A DNA stretch of 38,046 nt from Deltaproteobacteria bacterium (GTDB lineage Bacteria; Myxococcota_A; Polyangia; Polyangiales; Houyiibacteriaceae): contig JAXMNT010000065.1 of NCBI GenBank assembly GCA_034670305.1, forward strand, positions 1 to 38,046, written 5' to 3'. The translations under genes and the position numbers were made by a program. The first letter of the stretch is position 1, and every line of letters starts with the position of its first letter. Below are positions 27,394 to 36,539 of this stretch, piece by piece. Below the pieces are notes generated by a model. The model saw nothing but the letters and a program-made list of their open reading frames with translations. It had not been told where the DNA came from and searched no databases.

Positions 27394-27736
27394 GAAGCGG
27401 AAGCGGACGCGGACGCGGATGCGGAAGCGGATGCGGAAGCGGAAGCGGAAGCGGATGCGGAAGCGGACGCGGAAGCGGAAGCCGAATCCGAAGCGGAAGC
27501 GGAAGCGGAAGCGGAAGCGGAAGCGGACGCGGAAGCGGAAGCGGACGCGGAATACGAAGCCGAAGCCGATCCCGAAGCCGAAGCCGATCCCGCATCCGAA
27601 GCCCGACGCCGAAGCCGATCCCGACGCCGAAGCCGATCCCGAATCCGAAGCCGATCCCGAAGCCGAATCCGAATCCGAATCCGATCCCGAAGCCGAATCC
27701 GAATCCAAAGCCGATCCCGAAGCCGAATCCGAATCC
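27394..27736 (+). repeat. Intergenic bipartite hexamer-repeat tract
   Basis: (GAAGCG/GACGCG/GATGCG)n to about 27550, then (GAAGCC/GATCCC/GAATCC)n, with a 1-nt register shift near 27600. Confidence 0.9.
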
Positions 27737-27757
27737 GCCGCCGGTCCTCGCTGGGCG

Positions 27758-29989
27758 CTACTCGGCGGCGGCGGGGACGTCTTTGCGGATGTCGATGCCC
27801 ATCGCTTCGCAGAGGATCTCGGCGATGTCGCGCTGTTTGGCGACGTCTTCGTTCTCGGTCTCGCTGATGCCGTCTTTGATCATCGTCGCGCAGAACGGGC
27901 AGCCGGTCGCGACGGTGTCCGCGCCGGTGTCGAGCAGCTGCAGGGTGCGCTTTTGGTTCACGCGCGTGCCGCCGGTCTCTTCCATGAACATCTGCGCGCC
28001 GCCTGCGCCGCAGCAGAGGCCCTGGGCTTTGGTCCAGTACTCGACTTCGACGAGCTCGAGCCCTTCGATCTGCTCGAGCACTTCGCGGGGCGAGTCGTAG
28101 ATCTTGTTGTAGCGGCCGAGGTAGCAGCTGTCGTGGTAGGCGACCTTGGCCTTCACCGGGAAGCGCGGCACGAGCTGCTCGGCGACGAGGAGCCCCTTGA
28201 GGAACTCGGTGTGGTGCACGACGTCGTAGTGGCCGCCGAAGTCGGGGTACTCGTTGCTCAAGGTGTTGAAGCAGTGCGGGCAGGCCGTGATGATCTGCTT
28301 CTTCTCGACCTCGTAGCCGGCGAGCGTTTCCACGTTTTGTTCGGCCAACATCTGGAAGAGGAACTCGTTGCCGCCGCGGCGCGCCGGGTCGCCGGTGCAG
28401 GTCTCTTCGCTTCCGAGGATCGCGAAGTCGACGCCCGCTTCTTGAAGCAACATCGCGACCGAACGCGCGACCTTCTTGGCGGCGTCGTCGAAGCTCGCCG
28501 CGCAGCCGACCCAGTAGAGCACCTGCGCTTTCGGGTGCGCGCTCAGCAGCGGCACACCGAGTCCGTCCGCCCAGTTGCCGCGGTCCATCTTGGAGAGTCC
28601 CCAAGGGTTGCCGTTGGTCTCGATCTTGTTGAACGCGCTGGCGAGCTCGTGCGGGAACTCGCTCTTGATCATCACGTCTTCGCGCCGCATCCCGATGATC
28701 TTGTCCACGTAGGAGATCATCACCGGGCACTGCTCTTCACAGGCGCGGCACGAGGTGCAGCTCCAGATCACGTCGGGGTGCAGGATGCCGGTCTCGGGGT
28801 TGTCGTGGCTGCCCACCAGATCCACGCCGGCCGCCGCTTGGAGGAAGTACGCGCCCACCGGGCCGGCCGGGTAGGTATGGATCTGCTCGCCGTCGGTCTT
28901 CGGCACCGGCGCGTCCGGGCGGTCTGCATCGGTCGGCACACCGACGTCCGCGTCCTTGCCGAACATCGCGTACTCACTCGCGTAGAGGTGGTCTCGGATC
29001 GCGAGCGTCAGGTGCTTCGGCGAGAGCTTCTTGTCCGTGATGTACGCGGGACAGTTGTCGCTGCAGCGCCCGCACTCGGTGCAGGTGTAGAGATCGAGGA
29101 TGTCGCTGTAGTTGAGGTCCTTCAGCGTCTTGAGTCCGAGCGGTTCGTCGCGCTCGAGTTTGCCTTCCATGTCCACGAGCACCGGCAGCGCGGCCGGCCG
29201 CGGGTCGTAGGCGAACACGCTCGGCATCACCGAGAGGATGTGGAAGTGCTTCGAGTACGGGAGGATGTTCAGGAACAGAAGCACCCACGCCGAGTGGTAC
29301 CAGAACCCGAAGTGCTCGATCCCGACCATGGTCCCGTAGCTGAAGTTCTCGGCGATCATGCCGACCACCGAACCGAAGGGTTCGTACCAGGTGAAGCCGA
29401 CCGTGCCGCCGGTCGCCGCGGCGACCTTGGCGAGGTGTCCGCCCACGTAGATGAAGTCCGCGATCATCATCGAGAAGATGATGAAGAGGATGAGGTTCGG
29501 TTCGTTGCCGAGCGTCATCCGGGGTTTGTCGACGACCGCTTTCGGGTCGGCGCTGTCCTTGCCCTTCTTGACGAGGCGGATGTACCAGAACGCCACCGCG
29601 CCCAAAGCTGCGCCGGCGGCGGCCAGCTCCTTCACGAAGCTGTAGAGCTGGCCAACGATGTGCTGGGTGTCGAGCAACCCGAACATCGTCCAGTCCGAGT
29701 TGTAACCGCGGCCCCAGAGCAGCACCGAGTTGAGCAGGAGCACGTTGAACGCGCCGAAGATCGCGATGTGGGCGAAGCCGGAGAGCGCGTAGCTCTTCTT
29801 CTTCCACATCTTCTCCTGGCCGAGCGCGACGCGGGTGACCTTGATGCCGCGGTCGATGACCTGCGGGATGGTCCACTGGAAGCGCGGGTCGGGCACGCCC
29901 ACCTTCATCTGGCGGTACCGGCGGAACACGCTCCAAGAGAAGAAAGAGAGGGTGCCGACGAGCACCAGAGTCATGGCGACGGGGTTCAT
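27758..29989 (-). CDS. Membrane-bound Fe-S oxidoreductase (FadF / heterodisulfide reductase-related, two CCG domains)
   Basis: N-terminal TM domain with His residues; CTECGRCSDNCP, CTSCRACEEQCP; ACPHC, YHDSC, CCGAGG, TGCPFC. Confidence 0.93.
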   Translation of the reverse strand: MNPVAMTLVLVGTLSFFSWSVFRRYRQMKVGVPDPRFQWTIPQVIDRGIKVTRVALGQEKMWKKKSYALSGFAHIAIFGAFNVLLLNSVLLWGRGYNSDWTMFGLLDTQHIVGQLYSFVKELAAAGAALGAVAFWYIRLVKKGKDSADPKAVVDKPRMTLGNEPNLILFIIFSMMIADFIYVGGHLAKVAAATGGTVGFTWYEPFGSVVGMIAENFSYGTMVGIEHFGFWYHSAWVLLFLNILPYSKHFHILSVMPSVFAYDPRPAALPVLVDMEGKLERDEPLGLKTLKDLNYSDILDLYTCTECGRCSDNCPAYITDKKLSPKHLTLAIRDHLYASEYAMFGKDADVGVPTDADRPDAPVPKTDGEQIHTYPAGPVGAYFLQAAAGVDLVGSHDNPETGILHPDVIWSCTSCRACEEQCPVMISYVDKIIGMRREDVMIKSEFPHELASAFNKIETNGNPWGLSKMDRGNWADGLGVPLLSAHPKAQVLYWVGCAASFDDAAKKVARSVAMLLQEAGVDFAILGSEETCTGDPARRGGNEFLFQMLAEQNVETLAGYEVEKKQIITACPHCFNTLSNEYPDFGGHYDVVHHTEFLKGLLVAEQLVPRFPVKAKVAYHDSCYLGRYNKIYDSPREVLEQIEGLELVEVEYWTKAQGLCCGAGGAQMFMEETGGTRVNQKRTLQLLDTGADTVATGCPFCATMIKDGISETENEDVAKQRDIAEILCEAMGIDIRKDVPAAAE

Positions 29990-30078
29990 GGCCTCGGAAG
30001 TTCCTGCATGCCGGCTCCGCGGGCGGATCCTGGCGGTGTGGTCGCCGAATCGACGATCCAGGGGTCTTGGTCTCTGGT

Positions 30079-30107
30079 GGCTTAGGAAACCGAGCGATCG
30101 AAGTCAA
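30079..30107 (-). promoter_or_regulatory. Sigma-70-like promoter for the Fe-S oxidoreductase
   Basis: TTGACT-N17-TAAGCC. Confidence 0.45.
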
Positions 30108-30179
30108 CGGTAGGGCTTGGGACCGCCAGTCGAGCGAAGCGAGCCAGGCCCGTCGCGGCAAGAAACAGAGCTTCATCAT

Positions 30180-30367
30180 TGATCCACAGGTCACCCGCGA
30201 TCCGTTCCGTTTCGAGCGGGGGACAAAAAGCCGTCAACCGCCGGAAGCACATGATTGTATTGCGCTTTTCCTGTGGCTTGCCTGTGGATGGGTTGAGATC
30301 AACCGTGCTTCAGCCCGTGGATCAACTGTGACTCAGGCACGCTTCCCTGTGGATTTGTTGTGGATCG
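30180..30367. promoter_or_regulatory. Cluster of DnaA-box-like 9-mers
   Basis: TGATCCACA (30180); reverse-oriented TGTGGCTTG (30272), TGTGGATGG (30283), CGTGGATCA (30316), TGTGGATTT (30348), TGTGGATCG (30359). Confidence 0.6.
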
Positions 30368-30403
30368 GGTGTGGGGCGGCATGAGCCTTCTCCCTACACT
30401 TGG

Positions 30404-30432
30404 TTGACCGCGGTGGGGCCCGGGACTATCTC
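30404..30432 (+). promoter_or_regulatory. Sigma-70-like promoter
   Basis: TTGACC-N17-TATCTC, then GGAGG and GTG at 30473. Confidence 0.45.
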
Positions 30433-30472
30433 CCACCTCAGTACGCGTAGAATTCAGTGGAGGCAGACATCC

Positions 30473-31405
30473 GTGTCCGAGCAGCTTTTCGTTCATAGCG
30501 CGCGCCCGCAGTGGGGCCGCGCCATCGTTGCATCCCAGGGCGCTGGTCGCCGCGTGTACCAATTCGAGGACGGCAAAACCCGCGTGATTGCGCGTGATTA
30601 CTGGGACCTGATGGTTCCCGTAGCCGGCACCGAAGAGGATGTCAGCCGGTCGCTTCGCCGCCTCCGCCTCCTCGTGAAGGGCGCCGACAGCTCCCTTCGC
30701 TCCTCCCCACCCAGCACCGCCAAGAGCGACGTGGACGAGCAGATCCAGCTCATCGCCACGAAACTCGGCACCTTCGAGAACGACGCCTACCAGGCGCGTT
30801 TCCGACAGGACGCCAACCGCAAGCTCAAGGCCAACATCGATCCCTCGATCGCGCTCGCCAAAGAGAAGCTGGTCGAAGGCGAGTACGACTTCGCCGACTC
30901 GGACGACCGCAAGGACGCCAAGGCATGGTTCGACGCCGTGCTGGAAGTGCTGAGCACGACCGATCTCATGACCGCCTCCGAGCGCAAAGAGCTCGCCGCG
31001 GTCAAGGGCAAGGCCGTCGACTCGTTGGCGCAGGCCAGCTGGACGATGATCCGCGGTGAAGTGACCTTCGCCGAAGCCTTCGAGCTCTGGCTCGAGGCGC
31101 TCGCCGAAGCCAAGGTCCGGGCGACCTGGGGCACCGCGACCGCGCTGCCGGCCCTCGTCTGGCCGAAGAAACACGTCTGCATCCGCGCGACGGTGTTCAA
31201 GAGCCAGGCGTCTGGCTTGATGCCGGGCCTCGTGATGGACAGCGAAGCGGAGCTCGCGGTCTACGAGTCGCTTCAGCGCATGGCGACCGACCTCTACCGG
31301 AAGCTCGAAGAGTCCAAGCTCAAGCCGCAAGACCTCTTCGACGTCCGCAACTTCATCTGGCTCACCCTCCGCAAGGACGCCGAGACCCGCATCGAAAAGC
31401 TCTGA
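30473..31405 (+). CDS. Conserved hypothetical: DUF3553-like SH3 N-domain plus helical C-domain
   Basis: FVHSARPQWGRAIV...FEDG; C-terminus KPQDLFDVRNFIW; strong codon bias; RBS. Confidence 0.8.
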   Translation: MSEQLFVHSARPQWGRAIVASQGAGRRVYQFEDGKTRVIARDYWDLMVPVAGTEEDVSRSLRRLRLLVKGADSSLRSSPPSTAKSDVDEQIQLIATKLGTFENDAYQARFRQDANRKLKANIDPSIALAKEKLVEGEYDFADSDDRKDAKAWFDAVLEVLSTTDLMTASERKELAAVKGKAVDSLAQASWTMIRGEVTFAEAFELWLEALAEAKVRATWGTATALPALVWPKKHVCIRATVFKSQASGLMPGLVMDSEAELAVYESLQRMATDLYRKLEESKLKPQDLFDVRNFIWLTLRKDAETRIEKL

Positions 31406-31427
31406 GGACGTCTCGCGTTCCACGAAG

Positions 31428-31453
31428 AAGCCCGGCCCAGCGCCGGGCTTTGT
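31428..31453 (+). terminator. Hairpin terminator after the 30473..31405 gene
   Basis: AAGCCCGGC-CCAGC-GCCGGGCTT-TGT. Confidence 0.65.
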
Positions 31454-31480
31454 CGTTCCGTCCGCGGTTTCCAAGGGACC

Positions 31481-31517
31481 CACAGAAAAAGCCCAGCGCG
31501 AACGCTGGGCTTCTGTG
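31481..31517 (-). terminator. Intrinsic terminator of the DUF1232 gene
   Basis: Minus strand AAGCCCAGCG-TTCG-CGCTGGGC-TTTTT. Confidence 0.8.
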
Positions 31518-31529
31518 CTGGGGAAGGCG

Positions 31530-32081
31530 CTACTTCGGGAGCTTGGCGTCGAAGAACGCCTTGAGCTTGATCAGGTTCTTCTCTTCGCGAGAGAAGCTCG
31601 GGCTCTCGTAGCTCTTCGAGAAACCCCGCACGTCCGAGAGGAAGTCTCGGCGGACGTCCTCGTTGCCGATGATGTCGTTGACCGATCGGCCGCGGGCCGC
31701 GCCGTTGCGCAGTCCCACGACGTAGCTCTCGAGCCGGCCGTAGTCGTCGCCCAAGAACTCCCGGACCACGTCGCAGTCCTCCGTGAGCTTGCTGAGGATC
31801 TTCAACTTGTCCGCGGACGCCTCGCCGGTGTCTTCGCGGCTCGCGAGGTCGGCGGCGACACGCAGGACGAACGCGTCGTCCAGGTAGCCGATGTCGTCGA
31901 TCCCGTCCGGGATGAGGTCGAGGGACTTGAACAGATAGTTCAGCCCACCCGCCACGGCCTCCCGCGCGCCCTCGGCGATCGTCGGTTCGGTCAGAAGCTC
32001 TGCGAGCTCCTCCGCGTCGTGTCCCAGGTTCCGAAGCCAGTTCGGGAAGGTGTCGAGGTACTTCGTGTCCGCGTCGCTCAT
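31530..32081 (-). CDS. DUF1232/YkvA-domain protein
   Basis: GLNYLFKSLDLIPDGIDDIGYLDDAFVL; GAGG RBS. TTGAAC-N18-TATCAT upstream (32159-32130). Confidence 0.88.
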   Translation of the reverse strand: MSDADTKYLDTFPNWLRNLGHDAEELAELLTEPTIAEGAREAVAGGLNYLFKSLDLIPDGIDDIGYLDDAFVLRVAADLASREDTGEASADKLKILSKLTEDCDVVREFLGDDYGRLESYVVGLRNGAARGRSVNDIIGNEDVRRDFLSDVRGFSKSYESPSFSREEKNLIKLKAFFDAKLPK

Positions 32082-32228
32082 GGTTTCCTCTCGCCGGTGG
32101 CGCACCAAGTGGTTCGTCAGGGCGCCCGGATGATAGGCGCGTCGCCCCCGAAAGTTCAACGGGGTTCAACGGCGGGCCACCAATTGCCGCGGCTTCTCCC
32201 ATTGACCCCGGACGGATGCGGCTCGATC

Positions 32229-33521
32229 ATGCCGGCCGTGTGGCGGGCGGAAGACGAGGGGCTGCTCGAGCGACTCCAAGACGAGCAGGTCCTGCGCGCG
32301 TTGTTCTCTTCCCTCACGCACGACCACGCGACCCCGCCTCCGGCGCGCGCCGCCGGGTTGGTGCACCAGATCCGGCAGACCCCTGAGGGCGGCGCGGCGG
32401 TGCAAGCGGCACTCGACGGCGATCTGATGCCGGTTCGTCGGTTGGTGTGCTCGGAGTCCTACCGGGGCCTCGCGCCGCCCTTGCTGCATCATCTGGCGCT
32501 CCTCCACCAGCGGGTGGCGGAGGCGAACGCGCTGCCCTCGGAGAACCACGGGCGCGCCAACGAAGACCTCGCGATCGACGCGTGGGTCCACACCCTCGCG
32601 GCCTGGATGGCGCTCGCAGACGAGCACGACTACCTGGAATCGGTCGCGCTTGCGGTCGCCCCGAACCCCGCCACCGCCGCGGCTGCGCTTCAAGACGCGA
32701 CCATGGCCCCGCTCGCAGCACTCGGGGCCGCCGCGCGCTCCGGCGTGGCGGAGCGAACCCTGGCCTCGCAGCGCGCGCTGCGGGTCCTCGGACAGATGCC
32801 GCGGGCGATCGTGCTCAGTGGGCTCGCGCTCGAGTCGCCGGCAGTCACGACGGCCACGGTGCGGGCGCGAACGCTTCGCATCGAAGCCCTCGAGATCGCG
32901 CTGGACGCGGTCGCCGAAGCGCTCGACGAAGCCTCTGCTCGAAGCGTGGGTGGACCCGCGGCCGACCAGCGCGCGGTACTCGACGTCTTTCAACGAAGCG
33001 TCGAGTTGTGGCACTGGACCGATCAGGCGGTCGAGGTCGAACGTTTCTTGATCGACCGTGCGGGCAAGGTCGGCTGGGACTTCTACAACGCGCGCGACTG
33101 GAACGGACTGCGCCGCCTCTGCCAGACCTTGCAAGCGCCGGTGGACCGGATGGCCACGCGCATCCAGCAGGACCGACTCGCCGGTCTCGCATACACCGCG
33201 CGTTGCGCTCAGCAGTTGGTGTTTCGCGCGGAGATGGAAGCGAACGCGTCTCGGCAACTGGAGCTCGCCGAACGCGCGATCGCACTGTGCCCCACCCACC
33301 GCAACGGCCGGCTGGTGCTCTCCGATCTGCTCGCGCTGCGCGCCTCGCGCACCCTGCGGGACGCGCCGATCCTTGGCCGCAAAGCGCAGCTGGAACGCGC
33401 GTACGCCGATGCCCTGCGCGCACGTGAACTGTGGCCGAGCACCCCCCGTCTCATCGAGGTCGGCGACGCGCTTCTGCGTCAGGGCATGCCGCTGCCACCC
33501 GAGAGCGAGGAGGACGCGTGA
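32229..33521 (+). CDS. All-helical (TPR-like C-terminus) hypothetical protein, first gene of the Hsp70 module
   Basis: High-GC3 frame; LAERAIALCPTH and ALRARELWPS resemble TPR ends. Alternative GTG start at 32238. Confidence 0.8.
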   Translation: MPAVWRAEDEGLLERLQDEQVLRALFSSLTHDHATPPPARAAGLVHQIRQTPEGGAAVQAALDGDLMPVRRLVCSESYRGLAPPLLHHLALLHQRVAEANALPSENHGRANEDLAIDAWVHTLAAWMALADEHDYLESVALAVAPNPATAAAALQDATMAPLAALGAAARSGVAERTLASQRALRVLGQMPRAIVLSGLALESPAVTTATVRARTLRIEALEIALDAVAEALDEASARSVGGPAADQRAVLDVFQRSVELWHWTDQAVEVERFLIDRAGKVGWDFYNARDWNGLRRLCQTLQAPVDRMATRIQQDRLAGLAYTARCAQQLVFRAEMEANASRQLELAERAIALCPTHRNGRLVLSDLLALRASRTLRDAPILGRKAQLERAYADALRARELWPSTPRLIEVGDALLRQGMPLPPESEEDA

Positions 33522-33877
33522 GCGAGAACCCGTTCGAGAAGTACGACCTCGATCCGCTCGAGGGCGCGGCCGCGCTGACCGAGGCGCTGCGCGAGCGCAT
33601 CGAAGAGGCGGAGACCGAAGACGTGCGCCGGGAGATCCGCGCCGCATGGGAAGCGCTCACCATGCACCCGCGCCGGCGGGTCGAACTGGCGCTCGCCGCG
33701 CATCCCGAGACCCGTCCGCGGATCGGCGCGCCGCCCCGCCCAACCCACGGCACGGCGTTGCCCGAACCCGAGGTGCTCGACATCGTCACCCTGCCTCCGG
33801 TCGCCGCGGCGCTCGGCGCCAGCCCGGCGCAGGCCGAACCCGCGCTTCCCGACGACCCTTTCCTGCGCGACCCATGA
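33518..33877 (+). CDS. Degenerate J-domain-like protein (no HPD) with Pro-rich tail
   Basis: NPFEKYDLDP (helix I like) ... EIRAAWEALTMHPRRR (helix III/IV like). GTGA overlap with the upstream gene. Confidence 0.7.
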   Translation: MSENPFEKYDLDPLEGAAALTEALRERIEEAETEDVRREIRAAWEALTMHPRRRVELALAAHPETRPRIGAPPRPTHGTALPEPEVLDIVTLPPVAAALGASPAQAEPALPDDPFLRDP

Positions 33878-33953
33878 GCGCCCGCTTTCTCGCGACGCGT
33901 GGGTTCGACCTGCGCGTCCGCACTCCCTTTCTCCCAACCTTCAGGACCCCCTC

Positions 33954-36539
33954 GTGAGCCAATTCTTCGTCGACCGACCCGTGGGCATCGACCTCGGGAC
34001 CACCAACTCCGAAGTCGCGATCCTCGATCCCTCCGAACGCGATCTCATCGTCTACGCGGACAAGTTCGGTCGCAACACCGTGCCCTCGGCGGTCGCGTGG
34101 GATCCGAAGAAGAAGGAAGTGCTCGTCGGTCGCGCTGCGCGCAGTCGACGCGGACGCACCCCCGGTCCGATCGAGTCGATCAAACGCAGCATGGGTCAGA
34201 CCAAGACCGTGCAGCTCGGACCGAACGAACTCTCCCCCGAAGAGATCAGCGCGCACATTCTCCGCGAGCTGCGGCGCTGCATGCTCGGCCATCTGCGCGA
34301 GGGCGCGCCCGAGGAAGTGGACGTGCGGCTCGAGCGCGCGGTCATCACCGTGCCGGCGTACTTCGACGCCCCGCAGATGGAGGCCACCCGCAAAGCGGGC
34401 GAGCTCGCGGGCCTCGAGGTGATGGGCCTTTTGCAAGAACCCACCGCGGCCGCCATCTACCACACCTGGAAGAGCCAGCTCGGCGACGGGAACTTCCTCG
34501 TCTACGACCTCGGCGGCGGCACGTTCGACGTCTCGATCCTCCGGTGTACGAGCGGCGAGTACCAGGTGCTCGCGATCGACGGCGACAACTACCTCGGCGG
34601 CGACGACTTCGACCGCCGCTACGCCGAACGGCTGCGCCAGAACCTGGTGACGGCCGGCTACAAACTCGACCTCGATGTGCGCGCACGCCCCGAAGACGCG
34701 GTCCGTCACCAGCGCCTCGTCCACCTCGCGCAAGAGATCAAAGAGAGCCTCAGCACCCGAGATGTCGTGTCGATCGCCAAGGACGATGTGACGACGGATC
34801 AGGACGGCGAGCCGGTCACCTTCGAAGCAGAGATCGGGCGCGCCGAATACGAAGAAGCCGTCGCGGATCTCATCGAGACCACCATGCAGTGTTGCGAGCG
34901 CGCCATCGCGCGGGCCACCGAAGTCGCCGGCGTGGCGGGCGGCGACATCGACCACGTCGTGCTCGTCGGTGGTTCGACCCGGGTGCCGGCGGTCGTTGCC
35001 AGCGCCAAGAAACGTCTGTGCGCACCGGCCGGCATCGACGCACCTCTGCAGTCCGAAGTCGACACCTGCGTGGCGCTCGGCGCCGCGGTGCATGCGGCCC
35101 AACTGGGCGGGTTGCGGATCGGCATCGACGGGGAACGTCCGACCCGGGTGCTCTTCACCTCGCCGTTCGTCTCCCGCAAGGCCGAGATCAAACTCCAGCT
35201 CGAGGTGGAGGCCGCACCGGACGGGACCACGCAGGTGTCGGTCTCCGACGAAGACGGGCCGCTCGCCACCGAACCGGTCTCGGAGATCCCGAGCCCGCGG
35301 TTGAAGCTGACCGTGCCCTTGAACGAAGAGGGCGAGAAGCGGGTGCGCCTCGTGCTCGGCGGCGCCGGCGACGCGTCGCTCGCGGAGCTTCCTTTCGCCA
35401 TCTACCGCGGCGACGTGAAACCGCGCGCGAGCGGTCTCTCGACCCCGTCGGTGGTCGCCAAGGACATCTCGCTCGAGGTCGTCCGGGCCGGTCGCCGGGA
35501 GCGGAAGGTGCTCATCGCACGCGGCACCGGGTTGCCGACCAGCGCGGAGCAGAAGTTCTACACCGCCGACACCTCGGGTGCGGTCGTGCTGCGACTTCTG
35601 CAGAACCGGCTCCCGATCAAGACGCTCGTGGTGCAGGTGCCCGAGGGCACCGAGATCGGTTCCCCGGTCGACCTGCTGCTCACCTGCGACGAAGCGATGA
35701 AGATGGAAGCGAAGGCGACCGTCGCGGGGCAGGAACTCTGGGCGCAGATCGAAGCGGCGCGGCTCGAGGTCCCGAACTCCGCGGCCGCGGTGGAGGCATT
35801 GCTCACGACCGCCGAACAGGTGGGCGGCAAACTCTGGGGCCGCGAGGCGCGCGCGTTCCGCCGAGAACTCGAACCGATCGCGACTGGCCTGCGCGAGATC
35901 CTGCTCACCGATCCGGACAAAGCCGCCGCGCTCACCGCCCGTCTTCAGTTGTTGGTCGCGGAGTTTCAGGACGGTGGCTCCGAAGGACTCTCACCGCCCC
36001 TGCACCGCTTCGAAGCGATCCTCGACACCCTCCGGCGGGTCGTCTACCGCAACCAGGGCGACCTGCTCGGCATCCCCCGCGAGGAGTGGGAGACCCGGAT
36101 CGCCGCGCTCGACGAACGCGGCCGCACCGCGTGGGATGCCGGCGACGCGGGCGAGTGGCGGCGGGTCTACAACGAAGCCCAGGCGCTGCGGGAGACCGCC
36201 ACCGAACAGGAGTTCGCCGCGAAGAAGCTGGACGACCCGGCGTACCTGCAGCGCCGGCTCACGAACGTCGTCGCGTGGACCCAAGCGGTGCGCGTCGCGC
36301 TCGAAGAGTTCGTGCCCTCGAGCAACGCGGAGGTCCGGCAACTGCAACTGACCGAACGCGACCGGCTCTCCGCCGCGCTCCAGCAGCGCATCGTCTCGAA
36401 GATCGACGGGCTCTCGGTCGAGGCCACGCCGGCCAACGTGCTGCGCCGCGCCCTCGATCAGGTCGGCGACGAGCTCGAACGCATCGAGACCGCGCTCGAA
36501 CGCCTGCCCCAACTCGGCCTCGTCTCGGAGCGCGGCTGA
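33954..36539 (+). CDS. Atypical long Hsp70-family protein (861 aa)
   Basis: GIDLGTTNS, AVITVPAYF, EPTAAA, VYDLGGGTFDVS, LGGDDFD, LVGGSTRVP, VALGAA. Divergent C-terminal half. Confidence 0.95.
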   Translation: MSQFFVDRPVGIDLGTTNSEVAILDPSERDLIVYADKFGRNTVPSAVAWDPKKKEVLVGRAARSRRGRTPGPIESIKRSMGQTKTVQLGPNELSPEEISAHILRELRRCMLGHLREGAPEEVDVRLERAVITVPAYFDAPQMEATRKAGELAGLEVMGLLQEPTAAAIYHTWKSQLGDGNFLVYDLGGGTFDVSILRCTSGEYQVLAIDGDNYLGGDDFDRRYAERLRQNLVTAGYKLDLDVRARPEDAVRHQRLVHLAQEIKESLSTRDVVSIAKDDVTTDQDGEPVTFEAEIGRAEYEEAVADLIETTMQCCERAIARATEVAGVAGGDIDHVVLVGGSTRVPAVVASAKKRLCAPAGIDAPLQSEVDTCVALGAAVHAAQLGGLRIGIDGERPTRVLFTSPFVSRKAEIKLQLEVEAAPDGTTQVSVSDEDGPLATEPVSEIPSPRLKLTVPLNEEGEKRVRLVLGGAGDASLAELPFAIYRGDVKPRASGLSTPSVVAKDISLEVVRAGRRERKVLIARGTGLPTSAEQKFYTADTSGAVVLRLLQNRLPIKTLVVQVPEGTEIGSPVDLLLTCDEAMKMEAKATVAGQELWAQIEAARLEVPNSAAAVEALLTTAEQVGGKLWGREARAFRRELEPIATGLREILLTDPDKAAALTARLQLLVAEFQDGGSEGLSPPLHRFEAILDTLRRVVYRNQGDLLGIPREEWETRIAALDERGRTAWDAGDAGEWRRVYNEAQALRETATEQEFAAKKLDDPAYLQRRLTNVVAWTQAVRVALEEFVPSSNAEVRQLQLTERDRLSAALQQRIVSKIDGLSVEATPANVLRRALDQVGDELERIETALERLPQLGLVSERG

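Noticed and set aside
27115-28100. ORFs reading through the hexamer tract (poly-EA, RK, GS, SA)
   Set aside because: Stop-free only because of the repeat; they overlap real genes, lack credible starts and change register midway.
30171-30370. Definite oriC call
   Set aside because: No perfect TTATCCACA, no clear DUE or DnaA-trios, no dnaA/dnaN nearby; kept only as a box cluster.
31515-32228. N-terminal extension of the 668-aa + ORF
   Set aside because: Antisense to the DUF1232 gene; the real gene starts at about 32229.
33954-36539. Housekeeping dnaK
   Set aside because: Too long, linker and SBD diverged, no grpE/dnaJ context.
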